From positions 1-37,589 of the forward strand of contig JAJFJI010000152.1 of NCBI GenBank assembly GCA_021774205.1: a stretch of 37,589 nt of DNA, in the 5' to 3' direction. Positions 27,417-37,589 of the stretch are shown piece after piece. Source of the DNA: Nitrosomonas sp. Lineage in GTDB: Bacteria; Pseudomonadota; Gammaproteobacteria; Burkholderiales; Nitrosomonadaceae. Each line of letters starts with the position of its first letter. Within the stretch, counting starts at the first letter, position 1. The translations under genes were made by a program, and so were the position numbers. Below the pieces are notes generated by a model, which made no database searches, had not been told where the DNA came from, and worked only from the letters and a program-made list of their open reading frames with translations.

Positions 27417-28140
27417 ATCAGCTCCGTTCAAGGTGATGATTTTGGCTGCTGGACGCGGTGAACGGATGCGCCCTTTGACCGATACCATACCCAAACCACT
27501 GCTGCAGGCTGGTGGAAAAGCGCTCATTGAATATCACCTGGAGAATTTGGCGCGTGCAGGTTTTACTGACATTGTGATTAATCATGCGTATCTTGGCGAA
27601 ATAATCGAAAGTACTTTGGGAGACGGTGAACGCTATGGTGTTAATATCAGTTATTCACATGAACCACTGGTACTGGAGACGGCAGGGGGTATTGCCAACG
27701 CAATGCCGTTATTGACCAATCAATCAGAACAACAGCCGTTTCTGGTAGTCAATGGCGATGTTTATTGCGAGTTAGATTTTACTTTATTGTTGCCAGTTCT
27801 GCAGCGTATGCAAGCAGACCCTGCATCGTATCTTGCCCATCTGGTTCAAGTCGATAATCCAACTCATCATCCTGAAGGTGATTTTTCTTTGGATAATAAT
27901 CAGATCAAGTTAAATGGAAGTAAAAGGCTTACTTTCAGTGGAATCGGCATCTATCAGCCTAAGTTGTTTAGTGATGTTAAGCAAAATACCCCAACAAAAC
28001 TTGCGCCATTATTATGCCAGGCAATCAATGAAGAAAAGGTTAGCGGCGAGTATTTTAGTGAAATTTGGATTGATGTAGGAACCTCTGAGCGGTTAAATTA
28101 TCTGAATAGGTTATTAAATAATCGGAAGATTGATGTCTAA
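27379..28140 (+). CDS. murU: MurNAc-alpha-1-phosphate uridylyltransferase
   Basis: MILAAGRGERMRPLTD..PKPLL, LETAGGI, VNGD, W.DVGT.ERL. Exact start uncertain. Confidence 0.92.
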   Translation: MINRNQKLVTPSESAPFKVMILAAGRGERMRPLTDTIPKPLLQAGGKALIEYHLENLARAGFTDIVINHAYLGEIIESTLGDGERYGVNISYSHEPLVLETAGGIANAMPLLTNQSEQQPFLVVNGDVYCELDFTLLLPVLQRMQADPASYLAHLVQVDNPTHHPEGDFSLDNNQIKLNGSKRLTFSGIGIYQPKLFSDVKQNTPTKLAPLLCQAINEEKVSGEYFSEIWIDVGTSERLNYLNRLLNNRKIDV

Positions 28141-28160
28141 AGAGTGGCAAAATTAAGCTA

Positions 28161-29468
28161 ATGAACCCTATGGAATCGTACAGAACGCGCCGTCAGCATT
28201 TAACATCAAAAATGCAAAGTGGTGTTGCAATCATTCCAACTGCACCGGAGCGGATAAGAAATCGTGATGCGCATTATCCCTATCGCTTTGATAGTTATTT
28301 CTATTATCTGACGGGTTTTCGTGAGCCAGAAGCCGTTTTTGTGACCGTAGCAGAAACGGGTCAGTCTGAGTCAAAACATATTCTTTTCTGCCGTGATAAA
28401 GATGAAACGCGCGAAATCTGGGATGGTTTTCGTTATGGTCCGGAAGTTGCAAAAGAAACATTTTGTTTTGATGAAGCGTATTCCATTTCCCGGCTAGATG
28501 AAATGATACCGGAGATATTGGCGAATCAACCGACTTTGTATTATGCATTAGGGCAGGATGCTGCATGGGACATTCGTGTAACCGGGTGGATTAATCAGGT
28601 AAAAGAAGCGGTACGAAAAGGGGTGAGCGCACCTGCAAAAATCTATGACAGTTGCTCAATACTTGATGAAATGCGCATCATTAAAAGCGCGGAAGAAATT
28701 GACGTGATGAAAAACGCAGCGGTGATATCAACCGAAGCCCATCGACGGGCTATGCAATTGACGCGCCCGGATAAGCATGAATACGAGATAGAAGCAGAGT
28801 TGTTCTGTATTTTTCGTCAACGGGGTGCCCAGGCGCCTGCCTATACGCCGATTGTTGCGGGTGGCGCGAATGCTTGCATATTGCATTACATCGAAAACAA
28901 TGCGAAATTAAAAGATGGAGATCTTTTGTTAATAGATGCGGGTTGTGAGCTCGATGGTTATGCGGCTGATATTACCCGGACATTTCCGGTAAACGGAAAA
29001 TTTTCACCCGTTCAAAAGGACGTTTATGAGTTGGTATTATCCGCGCAGGTTGCTGCAATAGCCGCTGTGAGGCCCGGCAATACCTGGGATGATCCTCATC
29101 AAGCAGCGCTAAAGGTGCTTGTGCAAGGCTTAATCGATTTTGGTTTGTGCCAGGGAAGTGTGGATGCCGTGATTGAATCGGAAGACTATAAACGTTTTTA
29201 TATGCATCGAACTGGCCATTGGTTGGGGCTGGATGTACATGATGCCGGCGACTACAAATTGAATGGTTCATGGCGTTTATTGCAACCAGGAATGACTTTG
29301 ACGGTGGAACCTGGCTGCTATATTCGCCCATCGGAGAATGTGCCACCACATTTTTGGAATATCGGCATACGTATCGAAGATGATGTTGCAGTAACCGAGA
29401 CAGGGCATGACATATTGACGATTACCGCACCGAAAAGCGTTGCGGAAATAGAGGAGCTTATGCAATGA
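28161..29468 (+). CDS. pepP: Xaa-Pro aminopeptidase
   Basis: FYYLTGF.EP, LIDAGCE..GYAADITRTFP, HRTGHWLGLDVHD, TVEPG, GIRIEDD. Confidence 0.96.
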   Translation: MNPMESYRTRRQHLTSKMQSGVAIIPTAPERIRNRDAHYPYRFDSYFYYLTGFREPEAVFVTVAETGQSESKHILFCRDKDETREIWDGFRYGPEVAKETFCFDEAYSISRLDEMIPEILANQPTLYYALGQDAAWDIRVTGWINQVKEAVRKGVSAPAKIYDSCSILDEMRIIKSAEEIDVMKNAAVISTEAHRRAMQLTRPDKHEYEIEAELFCIFRQRGAQAPAYTPIVAGGANACILHYIENNAKLKDGDLLLIDAGCELDGYAADITRTFPVNGKFSPVQKDVYELVLSAQVAAIAAVRPGNTWDDPHQAALKVLVQGLIDFGLCQGSVDAVIESEDYKRFYMHRTGHWLGLDVHDAGDYKLNGSWRLLQPGMTLTVEPGCYIRPSENVPPHFWNIGIRIEDDVAVTETGHDILTITAPKSVAEIEELMQ

Positions 29469-29821
29469 AAGATGACGATAGAAAGATAATAATCAGTAAA
29501 ATTTCTGAATACAGGCAAACTGAATCACCATTTGATCAAGGCATGCTCGGTTCACCAGTTAATCGCTGGGTAGCCATTTTAGTATTCATTCCCGTTCTAA
29601 TCATTATGGCAGTATTAGGTGCTTTCTTTTTTGCGGCTTTTCTTGCCCTATTCGTTATGGCAGCGGGGGTATTCGGTATACGGCTTTGGTGGTGGCGTCG
29701 AAAATTACGCAAAACTACGCACACTCAGCCGGAAGAAGGAGAAAGAGAGGGGGATAGTGTGATTATTGAAGATGCTCAAATTATTGAGGAAACTAAAACA
29801 GGGCATAAAAAAAATATTTGA
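29465..29821 (+). CDS. Small hypothetical membrane protein
   Basis: Long hydrophobic stretch followed by WWWRRKLRK; ATGA overlap with pepP. Confidence 0.7.
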   Translation: MKDDDRKIIISKISEYRQTESPFDQGMLGSPVNRWVAILVFIPVLIIMAVLGAFFFAAFLALFVMAAGVFGIRLWWWRRKLRKTTHTQPEEGEREGDSVIIEDAQIIEETKTGHKKNI

Positions 29822-29840
29822 TTTGGCAAGGTTGCGTTGG

Positions 29841-30935
29841 TTATTCCTTAGCGCCCATTTCCAGCGCTAATTTTCGAGATCGTTCAGCTTCTTCTTTAGA
29901 TTGTTCTGGCTCCAGCCATCCCTGTAGATTATGGCGGGTGATTTCACAGAGCGCCTGTATCCAGTCATCCCGCTCATTAAGACAGGGAATGTAATGAAAT
30001 TCCTGGCCACCTGCACCAATAAAGGTGTTTTTAGCTTCTATAGCAATCTCTTCCAGTGTTTCAAGACAATCTGCAACAAAACCGGGACAAACAACATCCA
30101 CTCGCTGTGTTTTTTCCTTGCCCAATTGCTGCAGTGTGTCAGATGTATAGGGTGTCAGCCATTTTGCGCGACCAAACCTTGACTGGAAACAGACTTGATA
30201 TTGGTCCGCGTTTAGGGTAAGCGCCTCACCTAATAATCTTCCTGTTTTTTGGCATAAACAATGATAAGGGTCACCTTTATCCAGTGTTGCACGTGGTACG
30301 CCGTGGAAGCTTATAATCAGTTTATCTGGTTTGCCATATTGTTCCCAGTATTCACGGATATTTTTTGCGAGTGCAGCGATATAACCCGGGTCATCGTGGT
30401 ATTGCTTGACGGTACGGACTGCAGGCATGTTACGCATTTTACTTAGTACACCAAAGACATTATCCACAGCGGCAGCGGTGCTGCTGGCGGCATATTGTGG
30501 GAAGAGCGGCAAAACGAGAATGCGTTCGCAGCCCTGCTTCACCATTTGCTGCATGACGGTTGCAATCGATGGGCTGCCTATATTCATGGCGTATTCGACA
30601 ATTGGGTCAGGGCCTGTTTGTTTTTGCAGCATTTCGCGCAATAAGTCTGTTTGGCGTTCGGTATGGACTTTTAGTGGCGAACCTTCCGACATCCAAATTT
30701 GCGCATACTTTTCAGCTGATTTTTTGGGTCTGAAAGTAAGAATAATGCCGTGCAAAATTGGCCACCAAATCCATTTCGGGATTTCAATAATTCGTGCATT
30801 GCTTAGAAATTCTTTGAGATAAGGGCGCAACGCTTTTGCCGTTGGTGCATCCGGTGTGCCCAGATTGATGAGTAAAACGCCAGTTCTTTTTTGACTGCCG
30901 TGCTGATAAATTGGTTCGGATTGGTTTGATTTCAT
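29841..30935 (-). CDS. hemH: Ferrochelatase
   Basis: [50 protein letters not shown]. Confidence 0.97.
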   Translation of the reverse strand: MKSNQSEPIYQHGSQKRTGVLLINLGTPDAPTAKALRPYLKEFLSNARIIEIPKWIWWPILHGIILTFRPKKSAEKYAQIWMSEGSPLKVHTERQTDLLREMLQKQTGPDPIVEYAMNIGSPSIATVMQQMVKQGCERILVLPLFPQYAASSTAAAVDNVFGVLSKMRNMPAVRTVKQYHDDPGYIAALAKNIREYWEQYGKPDKLIISFHGVPRATLDKGDPYHCLCQKTGRLLGEALTLNADQYQVCFQSRFGRAKWLTPYTSDTLQQLGKEKTQRVDVVCPGFVADCLETLEEIAIEAKNTFIGAGGQEFHYIPCLNERDDWIQALCEITRHNLQGWLEPEQSKEEAERSRKLALEMGAKE

Positions 30936-30949
30936 GATTATTTAGTAAT

Positions 30950-31086
30950 TATTTAGTACGTCGCGATAACTGTTCAGATTGCTCCTGGAATTTGTTAGTT
31001 CAAGGCGCAAAAAGTGAGTTTACACGTGACAATGATCATTTTGTAGCACCGAAATGGCGGATGTTAGGGGTAAGCTGAATAGTTAT
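30950..31086. repeat. Dispersed intergenic repeat (MITE-like), copy 1
   Basis: Closely matches the reverse complement of 35366-35493; short terminal IR ATAACTGTTCAG/CTGAATAGTTAT. Confidence 0.8.
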
Positions 31087-31139
31087 GTTATTTATATATT
31101 TTTTTGTAAGTGAGCGTGATAAAGTAGGGACGTTGTATA

Positions 31140-32159
31140 TTATTGTTGTGATAGCCCGCTAGAAAGAAGCCTTGCTGTTACTTCCACAATTGGAATAATT
31201 CGTTCATAGGCCATACGCCGGGGCCCAATGACGCCGACCGTGCCTACCACTTTTCCTTCCATCTCATAGGGTGCAGTAATGACGCTAAATTCTTCCAGCG
31301 ATGCGATATCTGATTCGCCACCAATAAAAATTTTTACACCTTGTGCTTGTCGACAGAGCTCCATCAATTGTAATAGCATGGTCTTACGTTCGAATAGCTC
31401 AAAGAGTTTCTTCAGGCCGGTCAAATTCTCGGACAAGTCATTGACTTCAAGTAACCTTAGTTCGCCGGCAAGTACAACTGCTTCACTACTTTCGTTAATA
31501 ACATCGCCGCTAGCTTCAATGGCGGCATTCATGAGGCAGGTCATATCGTGGCGCAACTGTTTTAATTCGCCATGAAGACGACCCTGTATTTCATCTAATG
31601 TGCATCCTGCATAATGCAGGTTAATAAAATTACTCGCTTCAACTAAATCGGTTTGACTATAGTTGGCGTCGGTAAAAATAATACGATTCTGGACATCACC
31701 TTCTGGCGTGACAAGTATAAGGAGAATACGTTTTTCAGACAAAGCCATGAATTCAATATAGCGGAACACAGCACCGGTACGCTTGGGAGTTACCACTACA
31801 CCGGCAAATTTTGTCAGCTCAGACAGTAGCTGGGAAGCCGCGTTGATTAATCGCGATGGATTATCAGGATGTAATTGATTTTCCAAATGGTGAAGCGACA
31901 TGCTGTCAAGTTCCTTGACAACCAGCAATGAATCGACGAACAAACGGTAACCTTGGGGCGTTGGTATTCGTCCAGCTGATGTATGCGGGCTGGTGACCAG
32001 ACCCCTTTCTTCAAGGTCAGCCATTACATTTCGGATTGTAGCAGGGCTCAGATCCAGACCGGAAAACTTTGATAGTGTTCGAGAGCCAACTGGCTGACCT
32101 TCATGGATATAACATTCAACTAAGGTTTTCAGCAAGATCTGGGCGCGTTCATTTAACAT
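31140..32159 (-). CDS. hrcA: Heat-inducible transcription repressor
   Basis: [46 protein letters not shown]. Confidence 0.97.
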   Translation of the reverse strand: MLNERAQILLKTLVECYIHEGQPVGSRTLSKFSGLDLSPATIRNVMADLEERGLVTSPHTSAGRIPTPQGYRLFVDSLLVVKELDSMSLHHLENQLHPDNPSRLINAASQLLSELTKFAGVVVTPKRTGAVFRYIEFMALSEKRILLILVTPEGDVQNRIIFTDANYSQTDLVEASNFINLHYAGCTLDEIQGRLHGELKQLRHDMTCLMNAAIEASGDVINESSEAVVLAGELRLLEVNDLSENLTGLKKLFELFERKTMLLQLMELCRQAQGVKIFIGGESDIASLEEFSVITAPYEMEGKVVGTVGVIGPRRMAYERIIPIVEVTARLLSSGLSQQ

Positions 32160-32424
32160 CGGGCGATTCTACACCAAATGGCTTGGCACCATGCGGGCTT
32201 ACAAGATTATATTTGTTTTTGGACTGCTTATTTCTTGTCTGCTTTCCCAAAGCATTAATTGGTATAAATTTTATAATAGGATTTCGTGACATAATAAAGA
32301 TGTTTTTTTTCATCTGACAAATGCTGAGGCAATATTTTAGTTAAATAGGTAATATGATTCTTAACGGCAATTTTTTGCGCTCCTTTTATTGAACTAATAT
32401 AGTTATTTTTTGTTTTATCAAGTG

Positions 32425-33297
32425 ATGATGTCACCTTTTAAAAAGATTGCATTGATTGGCAAGTACAAGAATACTGAAATTGCAGCGCCTTTATTAAGTC
32501 TTGCTGAATATCTTGTGCGTCGTAATTTCGATGTCGTTCTTGATGAGCTTAGTGCTTCGCAAATATCCAGTGATAAATATCAGGCTGTTACGTTAGAGGA
32601 AATTGGTCAAGAGGCTGATCTGGCCGTCGTTATTGGCGGTGATGGGACCATGCTGAATATTGCGCGTAGGCTCGTTTCTTACGATGTTCCACTCATTGGC
32701 GTAAATCAAGGACGTCTCGGTTTTCTTACCGATTTGTCAATTGATACTATGTTGGAAACGTTTGGCGCTATTTTGGAGGGCCAATATGTCACTGAGCGGC
32801 GTATGTTGCTATTTGCCGAAGTGGTACGGAATGAAAATAGTAGTTTTAATGCATTGGCATTTAATGATGTTGTAATTTATCGAGGCATCAGTAGTGGCAT
32901 GATCGAATTTGAGATTAGAATAAACGACGAGTATGTTTATTCGCTGCGTTCGGACGGCTTGATAGTTGCAACACCAACGGGTTCAACCGCGTACGCGCTA
33001 TCATCGGGTGGTCCTATCCTGCATCCCAGCCTTGATTTAATTGCATTGGTTCCGGTATGTCCTCATATACTGAGCAATCGCCCAATTGTCGTGGGACCAG
33101 AGGCAAGGGTGGAAATTCTGATGCATGGCATCGCCGATGTTCGCGTTAATTGTGATAGCCACTCTTCATTTGATTTGGAGCAGGCCGATAAAATTGTCGT
33201 GCAGCGTTTTCCAAGAACTGTCAGGTTGTTACATTCCACCAGTCATAGTTATTACCGAATGTTGCGTGAGAAACTAGGATGGAGTGAATTTCCCTGA
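32425..33297 (+). CDS. nadK: NAD+ kinase
   Basis: GGDGT, GVNQGRLGFLT, FNDVV, DGLIVATPTGSTAYALSSGGP. ATG start chosen. Confidence 0.96.
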   Translation: MMSPFKKIALIGKYKNTEIAAPLLSLAEYLVRRNFDVVLDELSASQISSDKYQAVTLEEIGQEADLAVVIGGDGTMLNIARRLVSYDVPLIGVNQGRLGFLTDLSIDTMLETFGAILEGQYVTERRMLLFAEVVRNENSSFNALAFNDVVIYRGISSGMIEFEIRINDEYVYSLRSDGLIVATPTGSTAYALSSGGPILHPSLDLIALVPVCPHILSNRPIVVGPEARVEILMHGIADVRVNCDSHSSFDLEQADKIVVQRFPRTVRLLHSTSHSYYRMLREKLGWSEFP

Positions 33298-33306
33298 TAA
33301 TCGTTA

Positions 33307-33543
33307 AACCTAAAATCCTCAGTTGACCGCGACAGTAAAAAGTAACCTCATAAAAAGAAGGCTAATATATTTCACTATGACATTCACCTTTAAGGGGAGG
33401 ACGCGATGATGCTTATAGCCCGCCGTTGTTTCTTTTTTACTGCGTTGCAATTCGTTGTAATAACGAGTTATACCGTCTCATGGCGCCTTGCCAAAAGAAA
33501 CAACAACGCACGTTAAACACCGTCCAACTGAGGATTTTAGGTT
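33307..33543. repeat. MITE-like element between nadK and recN
   Basis: Perfect 19-bp terminal IR AACCTAAAATCCTCAGTTG (33307-33325 and 33525-33543), internal palindromes, no ORF. Confidence 0.75.
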
Positions 33544-33554
33544 AAATAATATTT

Positions 33555-35234
33555 ATGCTAACGCATTTAAGCATCAGGGATTTTGTTATTGTCGATGAAA
33601 TCGACCTGGATTTCTCTCCTGGATTTACTGTATTGTCAGGAGAAACGGGTGCGGGTAAGTCTATTTTGATAGACGCGCTTTCTCTTGTGATGGGGGGTCG
33701 TGGTGATGTTAGTCAGGTACGCTATCATCGTGATCGTGCCGAGATCAGTGCCTTGTTTGATATCAGTTTGTTGCCGGAATTGGCCGAATGGTTGACAAAT
33801 AATACATTGCAAGGAGACCCTGGTGCCTGTTTATTACGGAGAACGATTGACGCAAATGGCCGCTCCCGTGGGTTTATTAATGGGCACACGGCAACTTTGC
33901 AGCAACTACGTAACGCAGGTGAATATCTGGTAGATATTCATGGCCAACATGCGCATCAGTCTTTATTGCGGTCAGCGGTGCAACGGGATATGCTTGATGC
34001 ATACGCTGACAACGGTGAATTGGCAAAAGCGGCGAAAAGTGCATATCAGCACTGGCAGCGGCTATATCAACAGCGGATTGCTTGGGAACAGAATTCGGCA
34101 AATTATCAGCAAGAACGAGAATTGCTAGAATGGCAACAGCATGAGCTCACGAATTTAAATTTTTCTCCCGAAGAATGGCAGACATTGCAAACAGATCATA
34201 GTCGACTATCTCATGTTGCAAGTTTGTTGGAAGCGGTGGAAAAGGGTCTGGACGTTTTGTCGGAAAACGAAACAGCAGCCATTTCACAAATTAATGCTGT
34301 CGTTGTTCAGCTGCATAATTTGTTGGATTACGATAGCAATTTAAAAACGGCGCTAGACTTATTAGCGTCAGCGCAAGTTGAATTGCAGGAAAGTGTCTAT
34401 GAATTAAAACATTATAAGCAGCACCTTGATCTAGATCCACATTGTTTACAAGAAATAGAAGAGCGGTTGGCGACTGTTCATGCAGCTGCCAGAAAATATC
34501 GTGTCATTCCCGATGAATTGCCGGGTTTGTTGATAAAAATCACTAGTAGATTAGTAGAATTGAGTGCTGGCCAAGCGGATGATGCGTTTTTGGAGAACGA
34601 AATAGCAGCGAAGAATGCCTATTTCAAATTGGCCAAGAAATTGAGTAAAACGCGCGAAAAAGCGGGACAATTGTTGGCACAACAGGTTAGCTCTTCAATG
34701 CAAACATTAGCGATGGAGGGCGGGCAGTTTTCTGTTGCATTATTGCCACTGGAACAAGGTAACGCGGGTGGTTTGGAACAAGTTGAATTTCAGGTTTCTG
34801 CTCATAAGGGTCACCCACTAAAACCACTGGAAAAAGTGGCATCAGGTGGTGAGTTATCACGTATCAGTCTGGCGATACAGGTTATAACCAGCAAAACTGG
34901 GACAGCGCCCACGTTGATATTTGATGAAGTCGATGTTGGTATTGGCGGGCGTGTTGCGGAAATAGTCGGTAATCTGTTGAAAAAATTGGGTGAGGAGCGC
35001 CAAATATTGTGTATTACACACTTGGCTCAAGTTGCATCAACAGCAGATCAGCAATGGCAGGTGAGTAAATCAACGGATCAGTCAAATAGCAAACAAGTTT
35101 CAAGTCGTATCACTGTGCTTGGAAAGCAGGGGCGGATAGAGGAAATTGCACGCATGTTAGGTGGCATGAAAATTACCGAAACGACACGCAAACACGCGGC
35201 AGAGATGTTGCAAAATGGCCCCGTAAAAAAATAA
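33555..35234 (+). CDS. recN: DNA repair protein RecN
   Basis: GETGAGKS, IHGQH, ASGGELSR, IFDEVDVGIGG, CITHLAQVA, EIARMLGG. Confidence 0.97.
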   Translation: MLTHLSIRDFVIVDEIDLDFSPGFTVLSGETGAGKSILIDALSLVMGGRGDVSQVRYHRDRAEISALFDISLLPELAEWLTNNTLQGDPGACLLRRTIDANGRSRGFINGHTATLQQLRNAGEYLVDIHGQHAHQSLLRSAVQRDMLDAYADNGELAKAAKSAYQHWQRLYQQRIAWEQNSANYQQERELLEWQQHELTNLNFSPEEWQTLQTDHSRLSHVASLLEAVEKGLDVLSENETAAISQINAVVVQLHNLLDYDSNLKTALDLLASAQVELQESVYELKHYKQHLDLDPHCLQEIEERLATVHAAARKYRVIPDELPGLLIKITSRLVELSAGQADDAFLENEIAAKNAYFKLAKKLSKTREKAGQLLAQQVSSSMQTLAMEGGQFSVALLPLEQGNAGGLEQVEFQVSAHKGHPLKPLEKVASGGELSRISLAIQVITSKTGTAPTLIFDEVDVGIGGRVAEIVGNLLKKLGEERQILCITHLAQVASTADQQWQVSKSTDQSNSKQVSSRITVLGKQGRIEEIARMLGGMKITETTRKHAAEMLQNGPVKK

Positions 35235-35365
35235 AGCAACGTTTGCCTGCTGGTTGCGTACCGAAGCAAATCGTTGTTTAAATCCAAAAATTCCCGCGTT
35301 GGGTTCAACGACAGTTTTTAAATGTCGTCTTTTGCAATCCAAGGATCCACCCTTTATTATCTCGT

Positions 35366-35493
35366 AACTTGCCCCTAAAATCCGCCATTTCGGCGTTACA
35401 AAATGATCATTGTCACGTATAAACTCACATTTTGCACCTTGAACTCACAAATTAAATGGACAATCTGAACGGTTACTGCGATGTGCTGAATAG
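35366..35493. repeat. Dispersed intergenic repeat (MITE-like), copy 2, inverted relative to copy 1
   Basis: Shares GTGACAATGATCATTTTGTA..CCGAAATGGCGGAT and flanks with 30950-31076. Confidence 0.8.
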
Positions 35494-35526
35494 CTGCAAT
35501 ATTTCAATCATAAGAGGACAATACGC

Positions 35527-36525
35527 ATGACTAGAATGATGAAACTCATTGCCGTCATGTTAGCGATTTATATCGTGTCAATTGATGGGTTGGCAAGTGC
35601 CCCAGCAGACGGTACGTTAACAGCAACACAGTCTTGTGAAGCATTTATTTCAAAAAACAAACGCACCAATCCAGATCATGCGAAAATTGTTGTAGGTCAA
35701 AGTTATACTGTTGTTGAAGTCAATAAGGCAGATAATCCGTCCTGGTATCGGCTGAACATACCTAACGGAGATCCTCAGGTACGTTGGGTTGCTGATTATT
35801 GTGGCGTGGTCGATGTCCAAATAGGAAAAAATGGTAGGGGTCGCAATGAATGCAGCACACCGGGACTTGAAGACAGTTATGTGTTGGCGTTAAGTTGGCA
35901 ACCCTCGTTTTGTGAGACACATCGTGATAAACCTGAATGTCAAGTAGCGGACACAAAATCCTATCAAGCCCGAAATTTTACACTACATGGCTTATGGCCC
36001 AATAAGCGCGGATGCGGAATTAAATACGAATTTTGCGGTGAGGTGCGGTCAAAGCCCGGCGATTTTTGTGACTACCCGGCGTTAACACTTTTCGCGGAAG
36101 TTAGAAACAATCTTAAGCAAGTTATGCCGAGTGCGGCGGCGGGTTCTTGTCTTCAGCGTCATGAATGGTTTAAACATGGCACATGCCAGACACAATGGTC
36201 AATCGACGAATACTTTGACGTTGCAATTGAGTTAACGAAGCAATTTAATGAGTCTGATATGAGCTACTTTATGTCTCGTAGTATCGGTGAAATTGTTACT
36301 GAAGATGAATTTATCAAGCGAGTAGATTGTACGCATGGTCTAAATACGCATAAAGGGATTGAGCTAAAATGTAAGGATGGGAATCTGGTCGATGTATATA
36401 TTCATTTGACAGAAAACATTAATGAAAAAAAAGATTTGGGGGATTTGGTAAGAAATTCGGATCGTGAATTCAAATCTAATTGTGGTGGAAGTTTTAAGGT
36501 AGATCCAATAGGACTTATTAATTAA
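35527..36525 (+). CDS. Secreted ribonuclease T2 family protein with an N-terminal SH3-like extension
   Basis: Signal peptide, LALSWQPSFC, CAS I FTLHGLWP, CAS II HEWFKHGTC. Confidence 0.92.
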   Translation: MTRMMKLIAVMLAIYIVSIDGLASAPADGTLTATQSCEAFISKNKRTNPDHAKIVVGQSYTVVEVNKADNPSWYRLNIPNGDPQVRWVADYCGVVDVQIGKNGRGRNECSTPGLEDSYVLALSWQPSFCETHRDKPECQVADTKSYQARNFTLHGLWPNKRGCGIKYEFCGEVRSKPGDFCDYPALTLFAEVRNNLKQVMPSAAAGSCLQRHEWFKHGTCQTQWSIDEYFDVAIELTKQFNESDMSYFMSRSIGEIVTEDEFIKRVDCTHGLNTHKGIELKCKDGNLVDVYIHLTENINEKKDLGDLVRNSDREFKSNCGGSFKVDPIGLIN

Positions 36526-36603
36526 TGCATTATTCAGCTAAAAATGCTTCGATATAATTCATTTGTAATTATTCCAATATTCTAAAAATAAGGAAATCGT
36601 TTA

Positions 36604-37080
36604 ATGGGTAGTATTTGGTTTAAAGATTACAAAGTTGATTATCTGGAAGGGCTACGTAATGCTAACATGGGTGAGCATATCGGGATTAAATTTTTAGAAG
36701 TTGGTCCTGATTTTCTAAAAGGCTGGATGCCGGTCGATCAACGGACAACGCAGCCTTTTGGAATTCTGCATGGAGGCGCAAGTTGCGTTTTATCTGAAAC
36801 GTTGGGGAGTGTTGCGGGATGGATGACCATTGATCCTGAGAAATTCCGTGCTGTCGGTCTTGAAATTAATGTAAATCACATTCGTGCTGTAACACAGGGT
36901 GCGGTGATCGGAACCTGTGCACCGTTACACACAGGTCGTCGTACGCAGGTTTGGCAAACCGATATTGTTGAGGAAGCGACGGGCAAACGTGTGGCGATTT
37001 CTAGATTAACCCTTGCCATTATTGAACAAGGTACATTGAGCACGCAAAAAGCGCATATTCATGTGGAAAGAAAACAGTAA
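36604..37080 (+). CDS. Hotdog-fold acyl-CoA thioesterase (MenI/YdiI/PaaI family)
   Basis: MPVDQRTTQPFGILHGGASCVLSETLGS, GLEINVNHIR, H.GRRTQVW. Confidence 0.92.
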   Translation: MGSIWFKDYKVDYLEGLRNANMGEHIGIKFLEVGPDFLKGWMPVDQRTTQPFGILHGGASCVLSETLGSVAGWMTIDPEKFRAVGLEINVNHIRAVTQGAVIGTCAPLHTGRRTQVWQTDIVEEATGKRVAISRLTLAIIEQGTLSTQKAHIHVERKQ

Positions 37081-37195
37081 GTGGGTGAAGACTAAAAGCC
37101 GCCAGATTGATAGAGTGACGCTAAGGTACAAAGTGGTCGAGGGGATGAGAGAGGGGTGTGTGGTTCTAAAAAATTAATTGCAACCGAACAAGTGG

Positions 37196-37589
37196 TTATG
37201 AATCTTTATTATCACTTTTATCTAAATCGCCACTGTTATCTTTGTCGTCAATTTTATCTAAATCGTCACTGTTATCGTTGTCGTCACTGTTATCGTTGTC
37301 GTCAATTTTATCTAAATCGTCACTTTTTTTATTCCACATCGCATAAACTGCACCCAATACGATAATGACAAGCGGCATAACAACATTAAAGCTAAGCGCA
37401 TATTCGATACTTGTATTTTGGCCTTGTGGCGGTGGACTGTTAACGATGCTGTAGCCATGTGCGATAGCAAAAAGGAAAACGGGTACCAGCCCCGCTATGT
37501 AGCGGTTAGTAATCATGGGGCGAACAGTCATCAAGTTGATAACATATGCGCCATAATAGCCCATGAAATAAATGACAATATAGATGAAG
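37196..37589 (-). CDS. 3' part of a membrane protein with an acidic repetitive C-terminal tail (start probably outside window)
   Basis: The frame stays open past ATG 37564 to the window edge (FIYIVIYFM); several TM-like segments. Confidence 0.65.
   Translation of the reverse strand, partial: FIYIVIYFMGYYGAYVINLMTVRPMITNRYIAGLVPVFLFAIAHGYSIVNSPPPQGQNTSIEYALSFNVVMPLVIIVLGAVYAMWNKKSDDLDKIDDNDNSDDNDNSDDLDKIDDKDNSGDLDKSDNKDS
37199..37324 (-). repeat. 18-bp coding tandem repeat, 7 degenerate units
   Basis: Encodes SDDLDK-IDDNDN-SDDNDN-SDDLDK-IDDKDN-SGDLDK-SDNKDS. Confidence 0.85.

Noticed and set aside
32160-32424. CIRCE operator near hrcA
   Set aside because: No TTAGCACTC-N9-GAGTGCTAA match was seen.
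25885-37365. Numerous short ORFs antisense to or nested in housekeeping genes, including the Cys/Arg-rich ORF 37156-37365
   Set aside because: They are shadows of well-supported genes or of the tandem repeat, with no independent signals.

Overview
The right third of the window (about 24.8-37.6 kb) is ordinary betaproteobacterial chromosome that looks Nitrosomonas-like by gene order (inference): comM', ubiK, amgK-murU-pepP, hemH, hrcA, nadK, recN, an RNase T2 and a hotdog thioesterase, with MITE-like repeats between genes. The left two thirds (1 to about 24760) is a genomic island inserted into comM by a large serine recombinase (LSR2, 23213-24991). Inside it lies a second element built on another LSR (LSR1, 6361-7914). 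It carries a P-loop replication-like protein, an ori-like inverted repeat, an Xre HTH, a RuvC-like protein, ArdC, and a type I RM operon with an embedded SMODS nucleotidyltransferase/SLATT (CBASS-like) pair. An IS4 and a secreted endonuclease I follow. The main finding: a 29-bp att-like core inside the 3' end of LSR1 recurs as direct repeats at 1499, 5401 and 6457. Each copy is followed on the minus strand by a diverged but in-frame 31-codon replacement C-terminus for the recombinase. The copies delimit cargo units (an unknown ORF, Gabija, two unknown ORFs). This looks like an integron-like, serine-recombinase-driven cassette array that integrates into the recombinase's own gene. All calls come from motif recognition by eye; no searches were run.
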